Assembly (NCBI RefSeq): GCF_001194135.2
Contig: NC_068984.1
Span: forward strand, 101,750,520 to 101,782,974
Direction of reading: 5' to 3'
Length of the DNA: 32,455 nucleotides
Source of the DNA: Octopus bimaculoides
Taxonomy: Eukaryota
Shown: positions 21,753-31,815 of the stretch, piece by piece
Layout of the letters: the number at the start of each line of letters is the position of its first letter
Numbering within the stretch: the first letter of the stretch is position 1
Program-made: the position numbers and the translations under genes
Notes under the pieces: generated by a model
Databases searched by the model: none
The model's input: the letters and a program-made list of their open reading frames with translations, nothing else
What the model was told of the DNA's origin: nothing

Positions 21753-22612
21753 TGCTACAGATCATGGTGAGAGGGATAACTTCCCTTGGCAAACAGGACA
21801 CAGTAGTGTGTCGATAAGCCAGCTGGAGGAGATGTCCTCCTGGGGCTAAAAGCAACAGTAACATCCACCCCTAGGGGTCAGCCACACTTAAGTGGCAATA
21901 TACTACACTTTATCGTGCAGTTACTGTTAATACTTCATTTAGAGAATTAACATATATATATATATATATCTGTAGAACTTATCCCTTCGATAGGTCCCCA
22001 TGTATGGAGACAATTGTATATATATATATATCATTATCATCATCATTTAACAGTNNNNNNNNNNNNNNNNNNNNNNNNNNNNNNNNNNNNNNNNNNNNNN
22101 NNNNNNNNNNNNNNNNNNNNNNNNNNNNNNNNNNNNNNNNNNNNNNNNNNNNNNNNNNNNNNNNNNNNNNNNNNNNNNNNNNNNNNNNNNNNNNNNNNNN
22201 NNNNNNNNNNNNNNNNNNNNNNNNNNNNNNNNNNNNNNNNNNNNNNNNNNNNNNNNNNNNNNNNNNNNNNNNNNNNNNNNNNNNNNNNNNNNNNNNNNNN
22301 NNNNNNNNNNNNNNNNNNNNNNNNNNNNNNNNNNNNNNNNNNNNNNNNNNNNNNNNNNNNNNNNNNNNNNNNNNNNNNNNNNNNNNNNNNNNNNNNNNNN
22401 NNNNNNNNNNNNNNNNNNNNNNNNNNNNNNNNNNNNNNNNNNNNNNNNNNNNNNNNNNNNNNNNNNNNNNNNNNNNNNNNNNNNNNNNNNNNNNNNNNNN
22501 NNNNNNNNNNNNNNNNNNNNNNNNNNNNNNNNNNNNNNNNNNNNNNNNNNNNNNNNNNNNNNNNNNNNNNNNNNNNNNNNNNNNNNNNNNNNNNNNNNNN
22601 NNNNNNNNNNNN

Positions 22613-22647
<35 letters not shown>

Positions 22648-22760
22648 GTTTATTTGTGTGTGGATATATCTATACATATACTCCCAGAACCACACTAATA
22701 GCTTAGGAGTGAAATTTAGGATTTCTCAGTTTTCTGTGAATCAATTTTGATAAAACTTTT

Positions 22761-24124
22761 CCCAGCTGGTTTGCACACTAGGGCAACACCATTGTTATAT
22801 TTTCATTATTCTGTGTAACATACTTTCTTTTTTATTTCAGATTATTCAGTTTTTGGGTGAATCACATTTACAGCATCTTTCCACTCTAAGAACAGTGGGA
22901 TGTGGAAAAGGCCTTAATGATGAAAAGTCTGTCATCATCAAGGAAAGTGCTAAAGGCACCTCTCTTCATGCCACTGTAGAGAAGTTAAGTCGTCATGAGG
23001 ACACGGTTAGATGATTCCTGAAGGATCCTTCACCAAGGAAGAAACGATTCGATTGTGAAACCTCCAAGACTGTGACAGCTAGGAATTTAAGGACTATTGG
23101 CCGCAAGTTATATGAGAAACCAGTACAAACAAGCAAAGCCATTCTCACTGCCTCCAGACTTCCTCATATACTGATAACCACCAGAAATCGCATCTTCAGG
23201 AGCATGGCTTCTGTGCAAGAAACTGCCTCCTTTAATGCCCTGTCACAGGAGTTTGGGGCTTCAACGGGCCCAAAAGTACATGACGTTAGACATGAGTTGT
23301 GTTCTGTTCACTGACAAAACCAAGGCAACTTTTGATGGACCTGATGGTTGGGCAAATGGTTGGGTCTATTTTGGAGATGAGTGTCACCAATGTTTACAGT
23401 GTCAATAACAGGGTGGAAGAGTCATGTTGTTGGCTGGTATCATTGGGGATAGACTAGTTGGCCCAGTCAGGGTGCCTGAAGGGGTTAAAGTGATTGCAGC
23501 CACCTACTGCAATCTCTTGAAGGAGGCCTTGGATCCTTGGTAGATGACATACTACTGTCACTTTTAAGAAATCTCATGTTCATGCATGACAATGCTTCTG
23601 CTAGGACCACCCAAACATTACTAGGGTCTTGTGGCATACAAGGTGAAAGGTTGATGGTGTGGCCACCAGCATCTCTGGATTTCAACCCTATCTTTGATCC
23701 ATCATTAAACAAGATGTTTATGCTGATGGACGCCAATTTATGTCGAAAGACATCTTATGGGCAACCATCAAAGCTAGAGTGGAGGCAGTCCCACCTGCTA
23801 TTATGAAGAAATTGACAGATTCCATGACTAATAGGGTTTTTGAAGTTATCTGTCGAAATGGCACTCATGTAGCTAAATAATAATTCATTATGTCAATAAA
23901 TGTTATATTATTATGGTTTTCTGTTAAAAATATACTCAATGTATGCTTAATGTATCATTACCCTTCGTTTTCTGAAAAAACATGTCCAGATGGGCAATTT
24001 TCATTTAAAATTTATTAGCATGGTTCACCCTAAAACTGAAGAATCTGAAATAAAAAAGAAAGGACATTACACAGAATAATGAAAATATAACAACGGCGTT
24101 ACCACAGTGTGCAAACCAGCTGGG
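22761..24124 (+). mobile_element. Decayed Tc1-like transposon with ~105-bp TIRs
   Basis: TIRs 22761-22864 and 24021-24124 are reverse complements. Remnant motifs DGPDGWANGW, VMLLAGIIG, FMHDNA, WPPASLDFNPI. Confidence 0.9.
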
Positions 24125-24397
24125 TGTGTATGTATGTATATATNNNNNNNNNNNNNNNNNNNNNNNNNNNNNNNNNNNNNNNNNNNNNNNNNNNNNNNNN
24201 NNNNNNNNNNNNNNNNNNNNNNNNNNNNNNNNNNNNNNNNNNNNNNNNNNNNNNNNNNNNNNNNNNNNNNNNNNNNNNNNNNNNNNNNNNNNNNNNNNNN
24301 NNNNNNNNNNNNNNNNNNNNNNNNNNNNNNNNNNNNNNNNNNNNNNNNNNNNNNNNNNNNNNNNNNNNNNNNNNNNNNNNNNNNNNNNNNNNNNNNN

Positions 24398-24450
<53 letters not shown>

Positions 24451-24689
24451 TATACATACACACACACACACATATATTTGTGTGTACATGTATAAGTGTA
24501 TGAATATGGCCATGTATGCATGGGTGTATATGGATGTGTTTGTGTATGATATATACACAGATGTGCAGATCTTGGCCCTCACTTGGTGTCCTTAATATTA
24601 AAATAGCTTGATTCTAATAAATCCAACAAACAATTAATAATAATAATGATATATATGCATAATGTAAATCTTTTTTCTGTTTGCAATAG

Positions 24690-24759
24690 GTGTCTCTATA
24701 TCTGTGGTTCTTTTAATTCTGGTTATCTCTCTAGTTCTACTTTGCAAATATAAACCACA
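24690..24759 (+). CDS. Coding exon 2, transmembrane helix (G-VSISVVLLILVISLVLLCKYKP-Q)
   Basis: Acceptor ttttttctgtttgcaatag| and consensus donor |gtaagt. The 70-nt exon enters in phase 1 and leaves in phase 2, matching both neighbours, and encodes a hydrophobic run followed by CKYK. Confidence 0.85.
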
Positions 24760-25037
24760 GTAAGTGTATTTTATTTCTCATAGTTCTGAATATATTGATG
24801 TCAGCCCTTATCTGTGTGTCATTCTTAATCCAGCTGTGTTTAATACAGCTATGATTACCAATGTTGTTATATGTACATGCTGATAAAGCTTAAATTTGAG
24901 AGGATGAATAAATTTGTGATGTCAGAATTATATTCAATTATGTCAGGGCATATAAGAGCTGGATTGCTGCCTTCAGATTTGATCCTGGTTCTCAAATGTG
25001 AATATGAAATAATTATAATTTATCATATTGATACAAA

Positions 25038-25300
25038 CTTGGCCTAGTGGTTAGGGTGTTTCAATTCCTAGACCGGGTAAAGCATTGTGTTCTTGAGCAA
25101 AACACTTCATCTGACCTTGCTCTGCAGTCACTTTGACACCTGACACTTAGTACACCATGCACCTGTTCAGGCAACGTCAATTTGATGGAGAGAGTGAGCT
25201 AATGTATGGCTTGAACATTTGAAATATCTATAAACAAATCATTTGTGCAGGCTGTTCACCAAAAGCTGAACTCTCATACATTATCTTCAAAGGGAGAGTC
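25038..25300 (+). mobile_element. Diverged tRNA-derived SINE
   Basis: GGCCTAGTGGTTAGGG...TTCCTAGACCGGG...GTTCTTGAGCAAAACACTT. Confidence 0.55.
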
Positions 25301-25365
25301 CATCCATACATTTGGAAAAATAGGTTATAGTTCAAAATTGAGAGAGAACTGCGCTGGTATGACCA

Positions 25366-25912
25366 TGTGATGCATATGTATGAGGACAGCTGTGTGAAGA
25401 GGTGTCACACTCTAACAGTGGATGGAACCTGTGGAAGTAGCAGACTCAGGAAGATATGGGATGAGGTAGTGGAGCATGATCTTCGAATCTTGGGCCTCAC
25501 AGAGACAATGACAAGTGACCAAGACCGTTGGAGATATGCTGTGCTTGAGAAGACCCCTCAAGCCAAGTGAGATCATAGTCGTGACTGATGCCAGTGTCAC
25601 CTGACTGGCATGTAAAAAGCAGCATTTGAGTGTGGCCAATGCTAGGGCCACCTGACTGACACCCATGCCAATGGTACATTAAAAGCACCATTAGAGCGAT
25701 GCCACTACTGCCTGACTGGCACCCATGCCAGTGGCATGTAAAAAGCACCTACTACACTCTCAGAGTGCTTGGCGTTAGGAAGGGCCTCCAGTGGTAGAGA
25801 CTTTGCCAAATTGGATTGGAGCCTGGTGCAGCCTCTCAGCTCACCATTTCTCAGTCAAACTGTGCAAGCCATGCCAGCATGGAAAGCGGACATTAAACGA
25901 TAATGATGATGT
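25366..25912 (+). mobile_element. RTE LINE 3' end (ORF C-terminus, 3' UTR, tail)
   Basis: MYEDSCVKRCHTLTVDGTCG...WDEVVEHDLR...AVLEKTPQAK*, homologous to the 18578-18853 ORF. Confidence 0.9.
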
Positions 25913-26061
25913 CATTTACCATCGTGTTGTCAAACACTTTGTGGATTTTTGATACAGTGCCTATCCATCATGTCAAAGAGAATGTAATAATTCTTTCTAC
26001 TATAGGCACAGGACCTAAAAGTTTGGGCAGGTTAGGGCGCTAATTTATTACATTGATTATC

Positions 26062-26260
26062 CAACCCATGCTAGCATGGAAAGCGGACGTTAAACGATGA
26101 TGATGATGATGACCCCAGTGCTCAACTGGTACTTAATTTATTGATCCTGAAAGGATGAAAGGCAAAGTTGACCTCTGCAGAATTTGAACTCAGAATGAAA
26201 AGCCAGAAGACATGTTGCTCAGCATTTTGTCCTGTGTGCTAACAATTCTGCCAACTTGCT
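26062..26260. mobile_element. 50-bp RTE tail (+) inserted into a third-family SINE (-)
   Basis: CCAACCCATGCTAGC...GATGAT followed by GACCCCAGTGCTCAACTGGTAC...CTGCCAACTTGC. Confidence 0.7.
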
Positions 26261-26599
26261 ACCTTATAATAATAAGAAATAAATGCATTGACTTGTTATG
26301 CTATTAATTTTATATCACATTCATTGAGTAGTGTCAAGTTAAGTATGCAAGATGCTTCCAGCATCTCAGCAGCTTCCTTGAAAGTCCTGCAGCTATACTG
26401 TGATGCCTTTAACAAGTTTCAGCTATCCTTATTCCATTCATACTTTTTGTTCAGAAATCTGAAATCCTTTTCCTATAGGCACAACACAAATGCCACAACA
26501 TTATTTAATCTGAAATTTTGATAAGAAATTCAATAGTATAAAGTATTGGACCATCAACTCATCATATGTCCTACCTTAAAACATTTCTTTCAACTTCAT

Positions 26600-26885
26600 C
26601 ATCATGATGTAAGCTGGAGAGCTGTACAAGGCTCCAGTCTGATTTGGATGGGTTTCTATGGCTGGATGTCCTTCCTAATGCCAACCACTCCAAGAGTGTA
26701 GTGGGTGCCTTTTACATGTCACTGGCACTGACCACAACTATGATTTCACTTGGCCTGACATGTCTTCTCAAATACAGCAAATCATCAAAGGTCTCAATCA
26801 CTTGTCATTGCCTAACATCCGAAGGTCATGCTTCACCACCTCATCCCATGTCTTCCTGGGTCTACCACTTCCACAGTTAGAGATC
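26600..26885 (-). mobile_element. RTE LINE 3' fragment
   Basis: Reverse complement of parts of 25400-25900. Confidence 0.75.
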
Positions 26886-26994
26886 GGTACTTCTTTAGCT
26901 GTTAAAAGTAGATCCCAGATCTGTTAGGAATGTTGTATTCAATAGATTGCTATCCTGTCTCGTAATAGGTTTATCTTTCATTTATGTAATACTA

Positions 26995-27182
26995 CAAGGG
27001 AGTGCTGAAACGTTCCTGGTTTTAAGGGCATCACAAAAGGCCTTTTACAGGGCTTAGAGAATCTGAAGGATCACAACAATAAGTGTGAATCTGAGAAGAG
27101 AATACGTTGAATAAAATCATAATTAACTGATCCTCCTGTATTTTCTTTTACCCAAAGTCAGGAACTTTTCTGCACCCCCTTC
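26995..27182. mobile_element. Mariner-derived MITE
   Basis: TIR CAAGGGAGTGCTGAAACGTTCCTG / CAGGAACTTTTCTGCACCCCCTTC, with TA on both sides. Confidence 0.7.
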
Positions 27183-27589
27183 TATATATAAACAATATTT
27201 AAATTAGCTCTTTTCATTATCCATCCCTAGACCTTTGAAGATGTTTAGCCTTATATAAGTTAGTTTTGTTCTTCAACTATTATGTTCCTGGAAATTAACT
27301 GAGAATCTTGATAAACGAGTTTGTTTGTTGTAATGTATTGCAGGCAACAACATATATTATCGAAGTTATGTTCATTTCTAATTGAACACTCTTCTTTCAT
27401 CAGTAAATGAAATGATTGGTATTATAAAAATACCAATCATCAGATAACTTGAAATTTGTACTGTAAAAGGATTTAATAATTAATAATATAATTGAGAGTA
27501 ATTGCTATGTGTGATAGGTTAAAGACATATGCAAGAATATTGGTTTCAGATTTTGGCACAAGGCCAGCAATTTTAGGGGAGGGAATGAG

Positions 27590-27750
27590 TCAATTATATT
27601 GACCTCATTATTCAGCTGGTATTTATTTTATCAACCCTGTAAGGATGAAAGGCAAAGTCAACTTCAGCAGAATTTGAACTCAGAACCTAAACGAAATGTC
27701 ACTAAGAATTTTGTTTGGCATGCTAATGATTCTGCCAGCTTGCTGCTTTC
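27590..27750 (-). mobile_element. Third-family SINE, diverged
   Basis: GGATGAAAGGCAAAGTCAACTTCAGCAGAATTTGAACTCAGAA...CTGCCAGCTTGC. Confidence 0.7.
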
Positions 27751-28200
27751 ATATGTAAGAATTGTTAGTAATATGGAATCATATTATTATTTGGTTAGGA
27801 AGTCACTGAAAACTTCACGAAGCATAAAGCAATACTCAATCTAACAGAATCCATTTTTCTTCTTGCTGTGTCCATGGAAGTATTTGGTTTTATCACCAAT
27901 TCTGAAAAATGGATGCTGTATGCCTTTCATGATACATATTTAAAAGTAGTGAGACTGAATCATTGAGAATGAAGAGAACATTATATTTACTTTGTAAGTG
28001 ATAGAGGATGACTCGTTGCCCCTTAGCTCTTGAATGGTACTCTTTCAATTTATATATTTATTCAATATAAATCTATAAGTTAAAGTAGTGAGGAAAGGCA
28101 AGCAATTAGTCAAAGCAGGACATGGACATTTGATTTCATTTAATCCAGTCTAAAAATTTAACTGCATAACGAATGGTAAAAATACTACAAACTGGTAAAC

Positions 28201-28297
28201 ATATTCTCTAACAGCTGTTTCTGGGATATCCCAGCTATTGGAGCCTTGTATTGAGCGAAGACTTTATAAGTCGGGTATTCCATCATCAGAGAAATAT
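28201..28297 (-). ncRNA. Type I hammerhead motif with long helix II and AGCT helix III loop
   Basis: Minus strand: ATATTTCT CTGATGA TGGaATAcCC...GGaTATcCCA GAAA C AGCT G TT|AGAGAATAT. Core and helix III are intact. Confidence 0.65.
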
Positions 28298-28728
28298 AGG
28301 CTAGACAGTGGAAAGAATGTTCCTCATCAATGATATTTGTTGTAGCTCATTATGTCCAGGAAGGCAAGAGAGTCCAATTCAATTCATTTGGATCAGGTCT
28401 TCTTCAGAAAGAATGGTTAAGTGGTATGTCAAAGTGAGAAGGGGGAAAGATATGTTATACATACAGTACACTATATTAAGTGAAAATGAAAGTGAATGCT
28501 ACCAGATCCATCATTATGCATGGAATAAAGATACTTTCTGATGAGAGAAAAGATAAAAAAGTAAGAGGTATGCATTGGATATGTATTATTCAGTATATTG
28601 AAGGGTCTTCCCTCTAGAGGGAAAGTGAATGCTAATAGTTCCAAAGTTGTGTGAATAATGAGAGGAGGAATAAATAGTATATTCAATATAAACTTATTAT
28701 CATAAGATGATTCCTGTTTCTTTTTTAG

Positions 28729-28987
28729 ATTATTTCCATGTTTTAGTCACAATTACCAAAGAGCACGTCAATCATCTCAACTTGGTTTATCATTTGAGCA
28801 AGACAAAGATTACCAACATGAAACAGATGTTCCTGACATTGTGTCAAATGATGAAGGATATTTTTATGATGAAATATTTGGAAAATCTGCTTTTACTGAT
28901 GAAACTACCAACCATTCCATAACAAACTTGTTTTCAATAACTGATTATGATGATAATCCTGAGCGATTTACTTCTGAGCGTTTCTGA
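28729..28987 (+). CDS. Coding exon 3, acidic tyrosine-bearing tail (LFPCFSHNYQRARQSSQLGLSFEQDKDYQHETDVPDIVSNDEGYFYDEIFGKSAFTDETTNHSITNLFSITDYDDNPERFTSERF*)
   Basis: Acceptor gtttcttttttag|A completes CA|A (Gln) from exon 2. It is followed by 85 open codons in very AT-rich DNA and ends at TGA 28985-28987. Confidence 0.85.
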
Positions 28988-29691
28988 ATGGATATTAAAA
29001 TCTGTTAATGGCAGGTAAATTATTCTGTTGTTCTATTTCTGGCAACTTGTTACTACAATACGACGCAAAAACTTTCAAAAGACTGCCATTAGAATTGTCT
29101 GTTAAAAAGAAACGGTTTCTGTGGTCAAGAAATAATACAGCTGTAAACATACATCTTAGTATTAATCTTACATTAATCTTATATGGATTTTGTAAATAGG
29201 CAAAGTGGAAGAAACAAAATAAGGATTTCTTTTTATTTTAGAAAAACAACTAGATTTAACAAATATGGAGTAGTTTCCTTCTATAAACTGTCGGTTGTTA
29301 TTTAACCCCAGGTTAAAATACTTTCAAGCAGTTAACACTAATTTTTCTTCTTTGGATATAATGTCTCTAGGATTTCATTATCCAATGTGCCCTTTCTCTT
29401 TTTAACATATATAGGAAATTTGATTGCTATTTCTGGTTCTTGAAACAACCATGTAGAGGCTCCTCCATTTGGGCGTATAAACTACTAACTAAAACAAATA
29501 ATATTTTTGTAGGTGACAACAATTCTCAAACAAGGGGAAATAACTTTAAAAGAAAATTTTAAAATGGTGTTGTTTCATGGTGAAATTTAATTCTCCATAC
29601 CAATTCCTTGGTCAATATAAACATCATCCGTCAATTTATCATGGACATATTTTATTATTCAAAAATGAATTTCATATTTTTGTATATTTTG

Positions 29692-29697
29692 AATAAA
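29692..29697 (+). promoter_or_regulatory. Candidate polyadenylation signal AATAAA
   Basis: AATAAA about 700 nt after the stop codon, followed by T-rich sequence. The motif is common in DNA this AT-rich. Confidence 0.25.
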
Positions 29698-29879
29698 AAT
29701 TTTATTTTCCTTCAAATGATTCTTCTGTTACTCAAGCATTTTAATTATGAAATACTTTTTTTTATTAAAAGCAAACATTTAAAACTCATTATTAAATGTC
29801 TCCTTTCTCAACATGACATTGAGCCATCATGGTTGTATTGTCAAATACTAGGCATCGTGTTTTCATTGTATCTTTATCT

Positions 29880-30090
29880 TTTAGCATTTACTTGTTGCAG
29901 TTATTGGACTAAGGTCGTGCTGAGACCCTGCCTTAAAGGGGTCTTAGACAAATTGGCCCCAGTACTTATTTTGTTTATCAGTATGGTTACTTATTCTAGC
30001 ATTCTCTTAAGCCAAACCACAAAGTTACAAGAATGTAAACAAACTATAATCAGCTGTCAAGTGGTTTGAAGTGATAAATGCAGACACATA
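29880..30090 (-). mobile_element. Highly diverged SINE tail
   Basis: TTTACTTGTTGCAGTTATTGGAC...CCCCAGTACTTATTTTG resembles the family tail. Confidence 0.5.
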
Positions 30091-30334
30091 TAAATATGTG
30101 TCTGTATATATACTGTCTCTTTTGTTGACTTTTTTCATTTTTAGACAAAACTACAGAACATAACAAGAATACTTTCAATTAAATATCAAAATTGTCTCTT
30201 ATTCCTAATTAAAAACCAAAATTGATTATCTATTGAGTGTTTGCAGAAAACAATATTGCCTTTATTGGTTTCCATCCAGTTTGTTTGCATTTTTTCTGCA
30301 TGCCACACATTTGATAATTTTTAGGGCTCTTCAA

Positions 30335-30715
30335 ACGTTGGGCCTCATGGAGGTGATGATAAGTGACTGAGACCTTTGGAGATATGCTGTACTTGAGAAG
30401 ACTCAAGCCAAGTGAAATCATAGTCATGGCCACTGCTGGGGTCGTGTAAACAGCATCTGTGAAATCGTAGTCGTGTCTGTTGTTGGTGTCGTGTAAAAAG
30501 CACCCATTACACTCTTGGAGTGGTTGGCATTAGGAAAGGCATCCAGCCGTAGGAACCATGTCAAATCAGACTGGAATTTGGTACAGCTCTCCAGCTTNNN
30601 NNNNNNNATGTCAAATCAGACTGGAATTTGGTACAGCTCTCCAGCTTACTAGTTCCAGTCAAACCGTCTAACCCATGCCAGCATGGAAAGCAGACACTAA
30701 ATGATGATGATGACG
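30335..30715 (+). mobile_element. RTE LINE 3' end
   Basis: TTGGGCCTCATGGAGG...GAGAAGACTCAAGCCAAGTGA...ATGATGATG. Confidence 0.8.
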
Positions 30716-30721
30716 ATTATC

Positions 30722-30905
30722 ATCATCATCAGTGTTTTAACATCCAGTTTTCCATGCTTGCATGTGTCATATGAAATTTGTTGAGGCTGATTTTTCTATG
30801 AGTAGAGGCCTTTTGTTGCTCACCTTCACCTGTTTCCAAATAAGGTAATATTTCCCCATGACCAGACATGTTTTCACAGAAGATTGGAAACAAAAGACAC
30901 TGCAC
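30722..30905 (-). mobile_element. Retroposon 3' end with a (GAT)n tail, abutting the previous element tail-to-tail
   Basis: (CAT)n then GTTTTAACATCCAGTTTTCCATGC; the body resembles 15770-15850. Confidence 0.55.
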
Positions 30906-31593
30906 AGTAACATTCAATTATAATTGCCAAGCCAAGGAAACAGAAGCATATATATACACACACACACATACATATTTATATATTTATGTATATATACATG
31001 ACAGACTTCTTTTAGTTTCTACCAAATCTATTCACAAAGTTTTGGTTTGTCATCATCTTCATTTAATGCCTTTTTTCCATGCTGGTATGGCTGGACAGTT
31101 TGATAGGGGCTGGCTAGGCAAAAGACTGCACCAGACTTCACTGTCTGTTTTGGCAGGGTTTTTATGGCTGGATGCCCTTCCTAACACCAAGGGCTATAAC
31201 AAAAGACACTTGTAGAAGGTGCTACAGTAGGACCGAACCCCAAATCATGTAGTTGGGTATCAAACTTGTTCCCACACAGCCATGCCTGGATGGACCTTCA
31301 ATATCATTTGAAAAAGAAAACTGCTAAAATTTAGAGTAAATATTGATTATATTTTGAACTAAATACGTTTTCTCTCATTCACGAAAAGAAAGTTTTCATT
31401 AATTGTGTTTTGTCTTTGAAAACACAAATTAACTTACCTTGAATAATGAATGTATGAGTAAATTGTAATTTTTTCTGGATATTTCAAACACTTCACATCT
31501 TTTTTATGGTGAAGTATTCAATTTTTTTCCTTCCCTGTAAAGCAGTGAGTTGACAGAATCATTAGCATGCTAGCTCACTGCCTTAAGCGAGCT

Positions 31594-31815
31594 GGCAGAA
31601 ACGTTAGCGTGCCGGGCGAAATGCTTAGCGGCATTTCGTCTGTCATTACGTTCTAAGTTCAAATTCCGCCGAAGTTGACTTTGCCTTTCATCCTTTCGGG
31701 GTCGATAAATTAAGTACCAATTACGCACTGGGGTCGATGTATTCGACTTAATCCCTTTGTCTGTCCTTGTTCGTCCCCTCTATGTTTAGCCCCTTGTGGG
31801 CAATAAAGAAATAAG
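31594..31815 (+). mobile_element. Young third-family SINE nested in an older copy
   Basis: GCGAGCTGGCAGAAACGTTAGC...GTTCAAATTCCGCCG...AATAAAGAAATAAG; flanking repeat AGAATCATTAGCATGC. Confidence 0.85.

Noticed and set aside
6959-24595. Long ORFs containing X runs (6959, 8276, 8349, 8381, 18825, 18875, 21979, 22004, 22014, 24005-24126)
   Set aside because: They are open only because they cross N gaps and (TA)n or (CA)n tracts.
28538-28560. CTGATGA on the + strand (also CTGAAGA on the - strand at ~28400)
   Set aside because: No correctly placed helix II, GAAA or helix III follows.
29608-30069. 153-aa hydrophobic ORF (also 2787-3107 and 11723-11944)
   Set aside because: Near-cognate start, low-complexity AT-rich composition and overlap with repeat remnants; no splice or homology support.
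30558-30647. 40-bp direct repeat on both sides of a 10-N gap
   Set aside because: Typical unmerged contig overlap, so an assembly artefact rather than a real duplication.
31439-31536. Apparent minus-strand exon (tttacag|...|gtaag)
   Set aside because: All three frames contain stops, and the acceptor overlaps a SINE end.
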